A stretch of DNA of 64,000 nt from Candidatus Iainarchaeum sp. (GCA_040755695.1 JBFMAK010000003.1:101879-165878), one strand, 5' to 3'. Positions 26,885 to 37,239 are shown, counted from the stretch's first letter. Program-made: numbers and translations. The notes: a model not told the origin generated them from the letters alone.

Positions 26885-26958
26885 TTGCATCTTCGCGCAA
26901 AATTTATATACTGCCTTACACCTAATTCTATTAAAGAAAAAAACGGAGGTAAAAAATC

Positions 26959-27135
26959 ATGCCAGCAAAAAGACCGGCTCCAAAAATCAAAAAAAAGAAG
27001 CCAGCAAGTTGTAGGATAGTAAGAAGAAAAAGTGGCGCTAGAGACGTATATCCAAAAGGCGGTAAAAGAAGAACAATATTTCACGGGGCAGATGAAGAGA
27101 TTTCCTACAGAGAAGGCAAAGTCAGAGCAGTATAA
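26959..27135 (+). CDS. Small basic protein (58 aa), hypothetical
   Basis: Strong GGAGGT RBS 8 nt upstream. Product MPAKRPAPKIKKKKPASCRIVRRKSGARDVYPKGGKRRTIFHGADEEISYREGKVRAV. Unlisted in the ORF track. Confidence 0.4.
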   Translation: MPAKRPAPKIKKKKPASCRIVRRKSGARDVYPKGGKRRTIFHGADEEISYREGKVRAV

Positions 27136-27185
27136 TTTTTTAAGCAAAATTTATTGTTTGATTCACAAGTAATAGATTTAATTAA

Positions 27186-27800
27186 ATGAAAGCAGGTTTT
27201 TTGATGAGGCCAGGGCACCACCGCATTGGAAAAAAAAGCTGTAGAATAAAAAAGAGTAAAGACGGAAGAACAGTTACTGTAACCCCTATCCCCTCAAAAA
27301 GGAAAATAATATTCAAAGAAAGAGACCTTGATATAAGTGTTGAAAGAGGCAAAACAAAAACTGAAAAAGAAAAAAGGAGAGAAAATGAGAAAACCCCTGC
27401 CGAGTCTTTTGAGAAAGCAAGAGAAGAAGAAATAAAGAAAAGAACAGAAGAGCTTAAGAGGGCTTTGGAGGAGGCTGAAAAGACCTACGTAATCTTGTGG
27501 GTGCACAAGCAGAAGTACAGCCAAAAAAAGCTTTTGGAAATACAGAGAATGGATGTTAACTCAAGAGAATTCAAATATTTGCTTGGGCAGGTGAATGCAA
27601 GCCGGGAAATACACGGCAGAAAAGCAAAAGCAGAAGAAGACTTTAACAAAGAAGTTTTAGGCTTCTACAAAAACATTTCAGGTATTGTCACAATGTTTAA
27701 GAGGAGAGGAATGCCAAAATTCAAGCCTTATAACTATGAGCAAGTAATTAAAATAATACAGGACAAAATAAATAAATTAGAAGATAAAAAGAAAAAATAA
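27186..27800 (+). CDS. Hypothetical basic/charged protein
   Basis: 204 aa, Lys/Glu-rich. No family recognised. Confidence 0.4.
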   Translation: MKAGFLMRPGHHRIGKKSCRIKKSKDGRTVTVTPIPSKRKIIFKERDLDISVERGKTKTEKEKRRENEKTPAESFEKAREEEIKKRTEELKRALEEAEKTYVILWVHKQKYSQKKLLEIQRMDVNSREFKYLLGQVNASREIHGRKAKAEEDFNKEVLGFYKNISGIVTMFKRRGMPKFKPYNYEQVIKIIQDKINKLEDKKKK

Positions 27801-27802
27801 TT

Positions 27803-30800
27803 CTATTTCCTTTTTCTGTTTTTCCTGTAATGGCCATTAGAGAACTTCGATTGAATTAAAGAGAAAGAGAACAGTAAAAGGGAAATGAACAAAATTAACA
27901 TGATTGGGTTTTCTGGAAGCGAGGGCAGAGAGAAAGGCTGGTTCTGGCCTGTGCCAATGTTTACATTCATGTAATTTCCTCCTGCAGTGGATTTGACTTC
28001 CCCGTCAGGGCCAACCATTGTCTGTATGCCTTTCTGCCTGAATTCGTCGCTTAAAGGAAGCAGTTGAGCGTTCTCTGCATAATACAGTCCTTTTGTGGGG
28101 TCATACCAGAAAGCCCCATTCGCTCCCTGCATGCTGTTGAGCTGTTCTTTAGAGCCATTATATTCTAGGTAAGGCCTGCCATTCTCTGCACCGAAAGCAA
28201 AGTCGTGTGTTTTCCCGTCACTTGTTGCGACCTGGAATCCGTTAGGCGTAGACTTTATTGCATCAATTGGTTGGTCGTAAACCTTTCCTGTCTCCTTGTC
28301 AATTATTCTCATGTGTGGTATGCAGTCAGGAGGCAAGGCATAGAAAATATAACGCCTTTTGTCTGTGTCGAAAACCTGGTAAGGCCCGAATTTGGCCAGA
28401 GATTTATTGAATTGGGCTGCATCAAACTGCAGGGCAGGAGAATTAGGGTCTCCTAAAATATTTAGGTCAAATGCTGGCTCATCGCAGTCAGTCACAGGAT
28501 TCTTGTATGTTGTGGGCGTAACCTTTATTCCTTGAACGTCATTCTGGCTTAAAATGCCTTTCTCGTTGTGCTTGAGCCAGAAAATCAATTCATTTGTCTC
28601 AAGCTTGAATACTATTACCCCGTTCTTTAATTGAATGGATTCAAGCTTTCCTACATCAGGGTCGTTGTCAGCAGAGCCCAAAAGAAGAACCTGCCTGTTC
28701 GCGTAAATTTCAATTTTTGGGGCATTTTCTGAAACTTTTCTCGGAAGGCCGTCTGCAATAATTTTGTTTCCTGAAATAAAAATGTCCGGGTGAGAGTTAG
28801 TTATAACAGAAAGAACTGGTCCAAAAGCATCGCTCAAATTCTCTCCTGTCAATTCAATTCCTGTCTGCTCTTTTACTCCTTCCTTAATACAGTCTAATAC
28901 CTCATTGTTCTTTGCAATCAATTCGCTGTCCAATCCAATGCCAAAAATCAGAATGTTTGAATCATAAGGCAGCCCAAGCCTTGTGAGCGTGTTAGGAATT
29001 TCAATTGCAGGAATATTAGTGTTAATGGAAGAAAGCCTCACGTTATCCTCTGAGGTAATAACTGGCTGGCCGTTAGCTGAAAGCACTCCTGTTTCTTTAT
29101 TTAATTCAACTGAAAGATTCTTGTCCTTAACTACAGTCTTGCCTGAGGTAATATAGCTTGCAACAGAACTGTCTCCAGGGGCAATCCATAAATAGAAAAG
29201 CTTTGAGCCCGCAACAGCCCCATCATTATTTCCTGAAACATCCAATGTCGCCTGCACTAAATCATTATCTGCTGCACTCTTAGTTAATTGTCCGATTTGG
29301 TCTTTCACATTATTCATTGCATCCTGTGTTATGCCCCCAGCCCCATTAAAGAGAGCTTCAGCCTTGTCTTTAGCGCCTGCAACAAAGTCTGAAACCTTTT
29401 CAGTTGAAAGCTTCTGCACATCCTTGTCTGAAGCCTTCTGCTCTTCTTTGGGGGGAATAGAAAATTGGACGTAATAGCCTTCCTCTGTATCAATGCAGTC
29501 CTGAAGCCTTGAAGCAACCACAATCTGCTGCACTGCACTGGTGAAAATCCCTGTCATTCCAAATATAGCATAACTCAAGTTCTCAGTAATGCCTAATGCA
29601 GCGGCAGCGCCTGAAGGACCCAATTTTTTTGCCAAGCCAATACCAAAGAATGCTTCTTCTAATTTGTCAGTGCAGGTCGTCTTCTCTTTTATTGCTTTCT
29701 CCAAATCTACTGGCTCGGTTGTTGTGCTGTCCTCAGTCTTTCCATCCAAATTCATGTGATGGGCATAGCTTATAAGCATTGAGCCTTTCTTTTTTTCTTT
29801 TTCCGGGGTGTCCTCTAAAATGATTGATTTTTGGTCTCCAATAGACCTGAAGTTTGCATTAAAGAAGCCAGTCTTTGAGGTTACAGTTATACTGCAGGAG
29901 GCCCCGCAATCATCTTTTCCGTAAGAATAGAACGCAATGCTTCCAACTTTTGTCCTTAAACCTGCTTCTGGTTTTGTTAATTTATCGTAAGTTTCTTTTG
30001 CAGGATTGAATTTATCTGAAACAGTATTCAAAACCCATTTCCAGGGAAGACTGTTAATTATTCTGACAAACATGTCTCCTGTGTCTGATCCTTCATTGGC
30101 AAAAAAGTCAATGAAAGCGTCATCAAAGATTTTTCCTTCTTTTGTGCTGAACAGAACATAACGCCAGCTTGAAGGAAGCTGGTAAGCACTCAATTCCTTG
30201 AAGCCTGCTCCTTTTTTAGCCCACCAGTAAAGATAAGGATAGGCAGTCCATTTTAATGCCCCGCCCTTTGTAGAAAAATATGCCTTGAAGAGCTTTTCCT
30301 CTTCTTTCTGGAATTTGTCCAAAACAGAATAATATTTTTTGTTAGCCCAGTTATGCTCTATAAAGTCCTCGTAAAGCCAGTTAGTCATCTTGCTTGTCTT
30401 CTTTATCCTGTCCTGGATGTAGTCGCCTGAAATTTCCCCCATTCTCTTTGGCGTAAGGACGTCTTCAACCTCTCTCCCTGTTTCATCAAGATAGGTTGCA
30501 GGGCCCCATGTGCCGGACTTGTAAATCTTAATGTTTGCTGGATTCCTTGAAACAATGTAATCCACAGTGCTTTTGTCTACAGGAATGTACTTGTTGGGTT
30601 CAATTTCTGCTACAACCTGCCTTGAAAACTTTCCTTTCATCACAGACTCTTTTAACCCTGCACCATCCATTGTAACTTCAAGCGGACCAACATCTTTTAT
30701 CTGGTATAATTGAATGCCGTCTCCTTTCATCCTGTATCTCTTCCATCCCTGGAAACTTCCTGCAAAATCTTTTCCAAGACCACCATATTTTGGGTCTCCT

Positions 30801-32296
30801 TTAAAAGTGTACATTATGTTGTTGTAAACGCTTGGGTCTGAAGAAATCGGAATAAATGTTTTTGTTTCTTCATTGAAGACAGCCTTGTAAGTCATTCCTG
30901 TTCTCTCCTGGTTGGCTAAATAAACAGGAAAGTCAGAGCCTATAATGTCATCGTAATTCACTGCAAGCTTTGTAAGGCCTGTTCCCCTTTCAGCATAAGC
31001 CTGGGCAACCAGCTTTTCCTTCAATGCCCTCTGCTCTGCAGTGAGAGCTCCAGGAAATTGGTCGTCAATTTGCTTTAATGCATGCTTGAAGTCATCATCT
31101 ATTTGTTTTGCAGCGAACTCTTCGGCATTATTGAATCTTTTCAAGTACTTGAAGGTATTCATTGCGTGCTTTCTTTCTTCTAAGGTTTTCATTCTTTCAA
31201 ATAATCCTCCTGGAGCCCAGGCCTTGTTCCTGAAGTCAAAGGACCTGCTAGTGGAATACATTGACATGTCTCCTGTAGCCCACTTCCATTCTATTTCTCC
31301 TAAATCCCATCTCCTTATCTCTTTGGCAAAGGTGTATGCGTTTGCCTTGCCAAACCATTGCTCTGGGTCATAAAGCTTTCCCCTAATCTTTTTTGTTACA
31401 GCCCAGTTGTCCCAGTTGCCTCCTTCAGAGAGGAATGGAATCATGCCCCTTCTTCCGGCCATCCCAAAGAGTTTGAATGCCCTTCCAAGCAGGACAGGGC
31501 CTACATTGGAAATTACAATGTCCAAGGAAAACCAGGTGTTGAAGTGCTTGTCAAACATGGAGTAAACTGAAATGACGCAGGAAGAATTATTGCAGGTTGT
31601 GCCCATTGAAGCCTTTAAGGAATCAGTGGAAATATAATTGCTGATGAAGTTTCCTGGAATCCTTGAGGCAGTGACGAACTCAATTCCGTTCTGGTCTGCT
31701 TCAGGCGATTCAATGTAGTCCTTTAGCATCTGCTTTTTCTCTGCGTCCATGTTCAATTGCTGGTCGCCCTTGTTTGAAAACAATTCCTTCAGGTCATTCC
31801 AGGCGCTTTTTGTAGCGCCCTTAATGCCTTCGCCTGAATTCCTTAAGGAAAGCTTGTTTCCATTAAGGGCGCAGGAATTGGTGTCCTTGCATCTTGCAGC
31901 TCGCAGGGTGTCATCCAATAAAATTCCAATAGAAAATCCTCCGGTGTACCTGTAATCCATCAAATACTTTAATTCGGGTACATCCATTTTCTGGTTCGGC
32001 AATTCAATTTTTGCTGCCTGGTTAGAGTCAAGGTCTGTGAGCACAGCAGTATTATTATCCAGTTTATCCCTGTCAGCGATTGGAGGCATGCCAGAGCTTA
32101 ATTCTTGTCCTTGGAAGCCCTCCTTTAAAATCTTGTCCTTGAATAAGGCGACCTCCTCTGGAGTCAAAGAAGAGGTATTACAGGAAAAGCCTGTCATTCC
32201 CTCTTCAGGCGCAGCTGCCTCCTGCGCGTAAGAATAATAAGAGAACTGGGTTGAAAGCAGGAGAATTACAACCATCAAAACAAATTCTTTTTTCAT
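27803..32296 (-). CDS. Large secreted surface protein (1497 aa) with C-terminal TM anchor and basic tail
   Basis: Signal peptide MKKEFVLMVVILLLSTQFSYYSYA|QE. C-terminus ...PSLPENPIMLILFISLLLFSFSLIQSKFSNGHYRKNRKRK (motif, TM, then basic tail). Confidence 0.7.
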   Translation of the reverse strand: MKKEFVLMVVILLLSTQFSYYSYAQEAAAPEEGMTGFSCNTSSLTPEEVALFKDKILKEGFQGQELSSGMPPIADRDKLDNNTAVLTDLDSNQAAKIELPNQKMDVPELKYLMDYRYTGGFSIGILLDDTLRAARCKDTNSCALNGNKLSLRNSGEGIKGATKSAWNDLKELFSNKGDQQLNMDAEKKQMLKDYIESPEADQNGIEFVTASRIPGNFISNYISTDSLKASMGTTCNNSSCVISVYSMFDKHFNTWFSLDIVISNVGPVLLGRAFKLFGMAGRRGMIPFLSEGGNWDNWAVTKKIRGKLYDPEQWFGKANAYTFAKEIRRWDLGEIEWKWATGDMSMYSTSRSFDFRNKAWAPGGLFERMKTLEERKHAMNTFKYLKRFNNAEEFAAKQIDDDFKHALKQIDDQFPGALTAEQRALKEKLVAQAYAERGTGLTKLAVNYDDIIGSDFPVYLANQERTGMTYKAVFNEETKTFIPISSDPSVYNNIMYTFKGDPKYGGLGKDFAGSFQGWKRYRMKGDGIQLYQIKDVGPLEVTMDGAGLKESVMKGKFSRQVVAEIEPNKYIPVDKSTVDYIVSRNPANIKIYKSGTWGPATYLDETGREVEDVLTPKRMGEISGDYIQDRIKKTSKMTNWLYEDFIEHNWANKKYYSVLDKFQKEEEKLFKAYFSTKGGALKWTAYPYLYWWAKKGAGFKELSAYQLPSSWRYVLFSTKEGKIFDDAFIDFFANEGSDTGDMFVRIINSLPWKWVLNTVSDKFNPAKETYDKLTKPEAGLRTKVGSIAFYSYGKDDCGASCSITVTSKTGFFNANFRSIGDQKSIILEDTPEKEKKKGSMLISYAHHMNLDGKTEDSTTTEPVDLEKAIKEKTTCTDKLEEAFFGIGLAKKLGPSGAAAALGITENLSYAIFGMTGIFTSAVQQIVVASRLQDCIDTEEGYYVQFSIPPKEEQKASDKDVQKLSTEKVSDFVAGAKDKAEALFNGAGGITQDAMNNVKDQIGQLTKSAADNDLVQATLDVSGNNDGAVAGSKLFYLWIAPGDSSVASYITSGKTVVKDKNLSVELNKETGVLSANGQPVITSEDNVRLSSINTNIPAIEIPNTLTRLGLPYDSNILIFGIGLDSELIAKNNEVLDCIKEGVKEQTGIELTGENLSDAFGPVLSVITNSHPDIFISGNKIIADGLPRKVSENAPKIEIYANRQVLLLGSADNDPDVGKLESIQLKNGVIVFKLETNELIFWLKHNEKGILSQNDVQGIKVTPTTYKNPVTDCDEPAFDLNILGDPNSPALQFDAAQFNKSLAKFGPYQVFDTDKRRYIFYALPPDCIPHMRIIDKETGKVYDQPIDAIKSTPNGFQVATSDGKTHDFAFGAENGRPYLEYNGSKEQLNSMQGANGAFWYDPTKGLYYAENAQLLPLSDEFRQKGIQTMVGPDGEVKSTAGGNYMNVNIGTGQNQPFSLPSLPENPIMLILFISLLLFSFSLIQSKFSNGHYRKNRKRK

Positions 32297-32305
32297 TCAA
32301 TCATC

Positions 32306-32839
32306 TCATGCAAAATAAATCAAGTAAATCAATCCAGTCAAGGTCCAAGGAAAGAGGAACAATAACACAATCACTGCAACCAGTGAAGCTGAAAAAACCC
32401 CTAAAAACAATTCAGCGAAATAATTAAACTTGTATTTTTTTTGAATCCATTCAAAAACATACAATCCAACAAATTCCAGCGGAATTAAAAGCACTGCAAT
32501 CACAAAAGCCGAAAAAACTACCTTAACAACAGACCAGAAGAAAGCAATAATTGAGTCTGCCAGAGTAGGATTCAGCTCTTCAGGAACTCCTGCAGTATCA
32601 ACCTCCCCCAAAGCGCTCATCAAAGGAAACACATACAAGAAGGCAACAATTATAAGGCAAAAAACATAAGTCACAATAAAAGAATTCCTGAGCCAGGAGC
32701 CCTTGAATTTTTCTTCCAGCATTTCCTTTAATTTCTTTCCGAGAATTACTGCAATAAAAGCTGGAATGCTTGCAAAGAAAGCTATCTTAATTAAGTCAAT
32801 AACTGAAAGAAAGGCATTGGAAGCCAAATCTAAAACCAT
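32306..32839 (-). CDS. Hypothetical polytopic membrane protein
   Basis: Start placed at internal Met (MVLDLASN) to leave a divergent promoter region. Four or more TM helices. Confidence 0.4.
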   Translation of the reverse strand: MVLDLASNAFLSVIDLIKIAFFASIPAFIAVILGKKLKEMLEEKFKGSWLRNSFIVTYVFCLIIVAFLYVFPLMSALGEVDTAGVPEELNPTLADSIIAFFWSVVKVVFSAFVIAVLLIPLEFVGLYVFEWIQKKYKFNYFAELFLGVFSASLVAVIVLLFLFPWTLTGLIYLIYFA

Positions 32840-32917
32840 GCAAAAAATAAGAGGGCAACTAATATAAATAACTTTATGGAACAAATATATGGTAATACAA
32901 TAAAACGGCGAAAAAAA

Positions 32918-33643
32918 ATGGGAGAAGAAATCCCGAGGAGAATGAGAAGGTTCCACAGGGAAAAAAAAGGGGAGAAGAAGATTTCAGGCACTGGAAGCGC
33001 AGAAATAGAAAAAGAGAAAAGAAAGTTAATGGAAAGCGCAAAAAAACTGACTGAAGAAATCAAGGAAGACGAAACAGAAGCATTAGTCGAAGCAGCGCCA
33101 AAAGAAGAAACAGAAGAAAAAGGGGAAAGGCCAAGGCAGATACCTGAAAAAAGAGAAGAGGGGAAAGAGCCTCACATGACGCTTTACAGGAGAATGAGGG
33201 AAGAAAAAACAGAAGAGAAGAAAGAGGAACCAGAAAAAAGCAGACTGGAATTAAGAAGGGAAAAAGCTGGAATCCCAAAAGAAGAATTCAAAGAAGAAAA
33301 AAAAGGCCTTGACGTAAAAGAAGAACTAAAGAAGGCTTTCCTTGAAGAAGAAAAAGAAAAGAAGACAGAAGAAGAATTAGACTTAAGCAAGGAATTCAGC
33401 CTTGAAGAAGAAACCGAAGGCAAAGAAGAAGGGAAAGAAGCTGAACCTGAATTGGAAGAAGAATTAGGTGAAGAAGAAATTGAAGAAGAAAAATGCCCTA
33501 ACTGCAAAAAAGAGGCAACACAAATAATCTTCTGCCCTGAATGCGGCAATGCTTACTGCCAGAAATGCGCTAGGTCAGTCAAAACATTTGAGGGCAAAAA
33601 GAAAACAGTCTGCCCTAAATGCGGAAAAGAAAATACCATATAA
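32918..33643 (+). CDS. Glu/Lys-rich protein with C-terminal double zinc ribbon
   Basis: Highly charged KEE repeats. C-terminal CPNCKKE...CPECGNAYCQKCA...CPKCGKE. Confidence 0.45.
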   Translation: MGEEIPRRMRRFHREKKGEKKISGTGSAEIEKEKRKLMESAKKLTEEIKEDETEALVEAAPKEETEEKGERPRQIPEKREEGKEPHMTLYRRMREEKTEEKKEEPEKSRLELRREKAGIPKEEFKEEKKGLDVKEELKKAFLEEEKEKKTEEELDLSKEFSLEEETEGKEEGKEAEPELEEELGEEEIEEEKCPNCKKEATQIIFCPECGNAYCQKCARSVKTFEGKKKTVCPKCGKENTI

Positions 33644-34309
33644 TTAAGCACAATTCAAATATTCCTGGCTGGCCAGAAAGCTTTTGTAGTCTGGGCTCGG
33701 CGTCCACATTATCAAGCCGACGACTGCCTCCACTGTTTCTAACGAGTCATCTTCCTTGATTTTAATTAATTTTATTTTAGAAAAAGAATTTGCGTTGGCG
33801 GAAACAGCCAGGGCAAAATCATTTATTCTACCCCTTGACTCAGGGCTGCAGGAATACTGAATTTTTTTCTTTTGGTCGAAATCAGTTGCATAAACAAAAA
33901 CAAAAGGAACTGAGGTAAGACCTTCCTCTTCAGGGGAAATAAAAAACAAGTAATCATAAGATTTTTCGACAGGCTTCATTGCAAACAATATATTCTTCTC
34001 TAACTGCTCTCTAGTGAAATCAAACTCCATGTCATCGGCATAATCCTCTTTCACTTCAGCCATAAGGAAATCAACCTCCTTTGAGGTAGAAAGGTCCTCT
34101 GCAGGATTTCTTGGAATGCTGCTGAAGAGGATTGACTTCATTGCAGCAGAAGCATAATCTGAAGTATAAGCAGAAGCAGCATAAGCGCTCACAGTCCTGC
34201 CGTACTGGCCTGAAAAATAGAATAGAAAAGTAACCAGCCCAGTCACAATAAGCAGGAAATACAATGCATCAGTAATTGCGGCCTGGCCTTTCCTGTTTCT
34301 TAACTCCAT
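33644..34309 (-). CDS. Pilin-like protein with class III signal peptide
   Basis: N-terminus MELRNRKGQ|AAITDALYFLLIVTGLVTFLFYF: a charged head, KGQ cleavage-like motif, then a hydrophobic helix. Confidence 0.55.
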   Translation of the reverse strand: MELRNRKGQAAITDALYFLLIVTGLVTFLFYFSGQYGRTVSAYAASAYTSDYASAAMKSILFSSIPRNPAEDLSTSKEVDFLMAEVKEDYADDMEFDFTREQLEKNILFAMKPVEKSYDYLFFISPEEEGLTSVPFVFVYATDFDQKKKIQYSCSPESRGRINDFALAVSANANSFSKIKLIKIKEDDSLETVEAVVGLIMWTPSPDYKSFLASQEYLNCA

Positions 34310-34821
34310 GCAATCACCACAAGAAACTTTTGCTCAATGACAGAGTCCTTGTCCAATGCAATGGGAAAAACCCTTGAAACAATCCTTGCAGAAGGGCTCT
34401 CTGACTCTTTTTTTAATTCAGAAATGCTCTCGCTCAAGCTCTTTGAAGTATTAGAGCACTCGAACTTGTTTGAAGGACCGGAAGAATTTTCTTCTGATTC
34501 AATGCTTGGTTCCAGTTCACCCAAATCAAGGTTGGCGTCCTTTATTATCAATGCAATATATTTAGGCGTCTTTACGTTAAGTGAAGCGCATAATTCCCTG
34601 AGAGAGGAATGACCTGACACAAGGCCTGTGCCCCTCAATGCATTGCTTATCTGCACTACAGCAACATCATTGTCGAAAGAGTCTGCCTTATTTGTGAATT
34701 CAGTCAAGGCAAAATAGAATACAGAAAAGAAGATTGTGAGGGCGAAAAGCAGTGGGATCAATGAAGGAAGGTCGTCCCCTATTGGCCCAAGAAAGCCTTT
34801 CTGCATTCTGTTTTTTTTCAT
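34300..34821 (-). CDS. Pilin-like protein (atypical class III signal)
   Basis: MKKNRMQKGF|LGPIGDDLPSLIPLLFALTIFFSVFYF. Confidence 0.4.
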   Translation of the reverse strand: MKKNRMQKGFLGPIGDDLPSLIPLLFALTIFFSVFYFALTEFTNKADSFDNDVAVVQISNALRGTGLVSGHSSLRELCASLNVKTPKYIALIIKDANLDLGELEPSIESEENSSGPSNKFECSNTSKSLSESISELKKESESPSARIVSRVFPIALDKDSVIEQKFLVVIAWS

Positions 34822-34828
34822 TTCAACA

Positions 34829-35437
34829 TCAGCTCACGGAATATAATTCGCAGTTAAAAGGCCCTGCCTTTCCGAAATTTGCAAGGCAGACTTTTCCTTG
34901 TGTACTGCAAGGAATAAAGTAAAGGATTTTCTTTCCTCCCACAACCTCTTTCACTAAAACAAAAGCATTAATGCGATGATTTTCTGAATCAATGTCTTGG
35001 GGGTCCAGTTTAATTTGGCTTGCCTCTGAGCAAGTGCCTGTAGTGCAGTCAAAAAATCTTATTTCTGCATTAACATCAAAAGAGTCCGCTGCAATCAAGT
35101 GAGTTAAATCAGTTCGAGGAAAGATCTGGAATATAATCCTGTTCAATCCAGAATCCAGGGGAAGGCTTTTGATTACCATTGCATAATACAGGCCCCTGCT
35201 GAATGCATTGGAGGGATTGGTTTCAATTGAATTCTGCAAGTAAAAAGTGTTTGTTTCGCATAAAGACTGGCTTACTACGGCAATATTGTATACGTCCTTT
35301 TCCTTCTGCTTGATGTAGCTTGAGGCAACGCTTTCAAGCATTACATTGCTCAAGCTTATCATGAAGAAAGATATAATTACGAATACAGCCGAAACAAGAA
35401 TCAATAAATTCATTTTGCTTAAAGTAAAGCCCAACAT
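34829..35437 (-). CDS. Putative pilin-like/membrane-anchored protein
   Basis: N-terminal hydrophobic anchor MNLLILVSAVFVIISFFMI. Located inside the pilin gene array. Confidence 0.35.
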   Translation of the reverse strand: MLGFTLSKMNLLILVSAVFVIISFFMISLSNVMLESVASSYIKQKEKDVYNIAVVSQSLCETNTFYLQNSIETNPSNAFSRGLYYAMVIKSLPLDSGLNRIIFQIFPRTDLTHLIAADSFDVNAEIRFFDCTTGTCSEASQIKLDPQDIDSENHRINAFVLVKEVVGGKKILYFIPCSTQGKVCLANFGKAGPFNCELYSVS

Positions 35438-35446
35438 TAAAAAAAC

Positions 35447-35986
35447 TCACCCTTTCTTGTAGTAAGCGCAAATTACCGGAAAGTTTTCTGTCGACTTCTG
35501 GTTGAATTCCAATTTATACAGGCCTCTCTCAATCTCATTCTCCGGATTCAAGTCAACCAAATCATAATCGCCAATTTTTGCAGGGCAGCCTTTATCCCCT
35601 GAATCAAAATATGTTGCCTGGCTTATGTTCAAGCACTTGTTTTCAATGTATCCTGCATCGCTCCTGTAATTCAATAGCAAGCATGACTTTAATGAGCCAG
35701 GGCAGACCCTGCATTGTATGGCCTCAATTGAACTGATGATTTTGATTTCTTCATTTTTTCCGCACTGGGACGCAATAAAAGAGAGTGGAGCAGCAGCAAT
35801 GGTTTCATTGTTTGCTACCTCCTGGATTTTCGCTGCAAGGTTGTCCAAGTCCTTGTTTTTCTCTTGCAGGCACTTCCTGTTTGATGCTTCAGTCATTGCA
35901 TACAATCCAATCAATATAACAAAAGTCATGAGGATTACTGCAACAAGAAGTTCAAAAGGGGCTTCCTCCTGCCCACTGCAATTCAT
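35447..35986 (-). CDS. Pilin-like protein with class III signal peptide
   Basis: MNCSGQ|EEAPFELLVAVILMTFVILIGL. The ATG overlaps the stop of the upstream small ORF as ATGA. Confidence 0.55.
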   Translation of the reverse strand: MNCSGQEEAPFELLVAVILMTFVILIGLYAMTEASNRKCLQEKNKDLDNLAAKIQEVANNETIAAAPLSFIASQCGKNEEIKIISSIEAIQCRVCPGSLKSCLLLNYRSDAGYIENKCLNISQATYFDSGDKGCPAKIGDYDLVDLNPENEIERGLYKLEFNQKSTENFPVICAYYKKG

Positions 35987-35988
35987 TT

Positions 35989-36150
35989 CACGTTCCCCCA
36001 AGAGTCTTCCTTGAAGTATTCATTGCGTTCTGGAACATTGGCTTAATTACTGCGATCAGCAAAAGGGCAGCAATAATAAGGATTACAAGCATGTAAACAG
36101 AATTCCACTCGCTCTGCGCTCTCTCCTCAGAAAAAAATTTTGATTCCATT
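35989..36150 (-). CDS. Small membrane protein (53 aa), possible minor pilin
   Basis: MESKFFSEERAQSEWNSVYMLVILIIAALLLIAVIKPMFQNAMNTSRKTLGGT. Stop/start ATGA overlap with the next pilin gene. Not in the ORF track because it is under 60 aa. Confidence 0.35.
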
Positions 36151-36227
36151 CAAAACATCACTAAAATAAGAACAGAAGAAATATATAAAACATTAGGCAA
36201 AAAAAGAGAAAAAGAGAGGGAAAGAAA

Positions 36228-36752
36228 TTATTTAACTAATCCCACAATGCAGCAGGTATCAGTATTATCTGGAGTAGCGCAATTGCAACCTGATACATCA
36301 ACGTCTTTTAGGAATGAGGTGTCTTCAAGGGAAGTTGATAATGCGTTGCCTTTGTCACAGTATGCTGCAAGGTATGCCTGCTTCTGGCCGCCGCCTGTAT
36401 ACATTATTGATTTTGCTGTTATAGTCCAATTAGGGGGCCCAAATGAACTTTCCCCAACCATACATAATTGGTCGGCAGTAATTAAACCTGATGCCTCTGC
36501 AGTTGCTTTTACATTTATTTGATCATTATTTGAAAACGTTACAGCCTTTGTCCTGTAATCATTATACCTGTTATTGTAAGCCTGCTTTAGTATTTCAACT
36601 GACTCCTTTTTCGGGTCGCCCTGACCTATAGGGCCAATCAATCCAAGGATGTTTAAAAGCAGGGTGAGAATTACGACTGCAATTACTGCAGAAATCAATA
36701 ACTTAAATACAGAGAATTCCTGCCCTTTAGAATTCATTTTTGATTTCACCAT
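36228..36752 (-). CDS. Pilin-like protein with class III signal peptide
   Basis: MNSKGQ|EFSVFKLLISAVIAVVILTLLLNILG. Confidence 0.6.
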   Translation of the reverse strand: MVKSKMNSKGQEFSVFKLLISAVIAVVILTLLLNILGLIGPIGQGDPKKESVEILKQAYNNRYNDYRTKAVTFSNNDQINVKATAEASGLITADQLCMVGESSFGPPNWTITAKSIMYTGGGQKQAYLAAYCDKGNALSTSLEDTSFLKDVDVSGCNCATPDNTDTCCIVGLVK

Positions 36753-36789
36753 TAATTAGAATGCTGTTATAATATTTAAATATATAAGT

Positions 36790-37239
36790 TTAGTCCTTGG
36801 GGAAGTCCATGCCGTACAATGCAATGCAGCAGAATTCAGGGCAGGCACTGCTCTCGCAGGAGACAGAGCCCTGGGAGTAGGCGCTGTAAGAGAAACTGAT
36901 TGCACTAATTATGTCTGGGTCATCGCATTTCACGAAGACATTTGTTTTGATTGCCTGGTTTATTTGAATTGACGAAACTTCACTGGAATTGCTTACAGTG
37001 AATGCACTGCTTTTAGAGGAATTGAATTTAATGCATTTCTCGTCAATGTTTGCTTTTGAGCCTAACTGCTTTGAATTGAAAGAACCTTTAGGAATTGAAA
37101 TTCCTGCGATTGCTTTTGTTGTGCCGTCAGGGCTCTTTGATGCGTGCCCTATTCCTTCAGTGATCCTCTGAAGGCTTATATCATAGTTCACTTGTTCGAG
37201 GTAATTAATGATTCCGACAATAATGAAGAGCACAGCCAA
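36790..37239 (-). CDS. Pilin-like protein; the class III signal peptide is encoded upstream of the annotated TTG start with no canonical start codon
   Basis: The in-frame upstream extension (to 37311) reads FRIKINSSGQ|EFEVFKVLIWGIIALAVLFIIVG, which sits immediately after the TGA stop of the platform gene in the same frame. Confidence 0.5.
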   Translation of the reverse strand: MAVLFIIVGIINYLEQVNYDISLQRITEGIGHASKSPDGTTKAIAGISIPKGSFNSKQLGSKANIDEKCIKFNSSKSSAFTVSNSSEVSSIQINQAIKTNVFVKCDDPDIISAISFSYSAYSQGSVSCESSACPEFCCIALYGMDFPKD

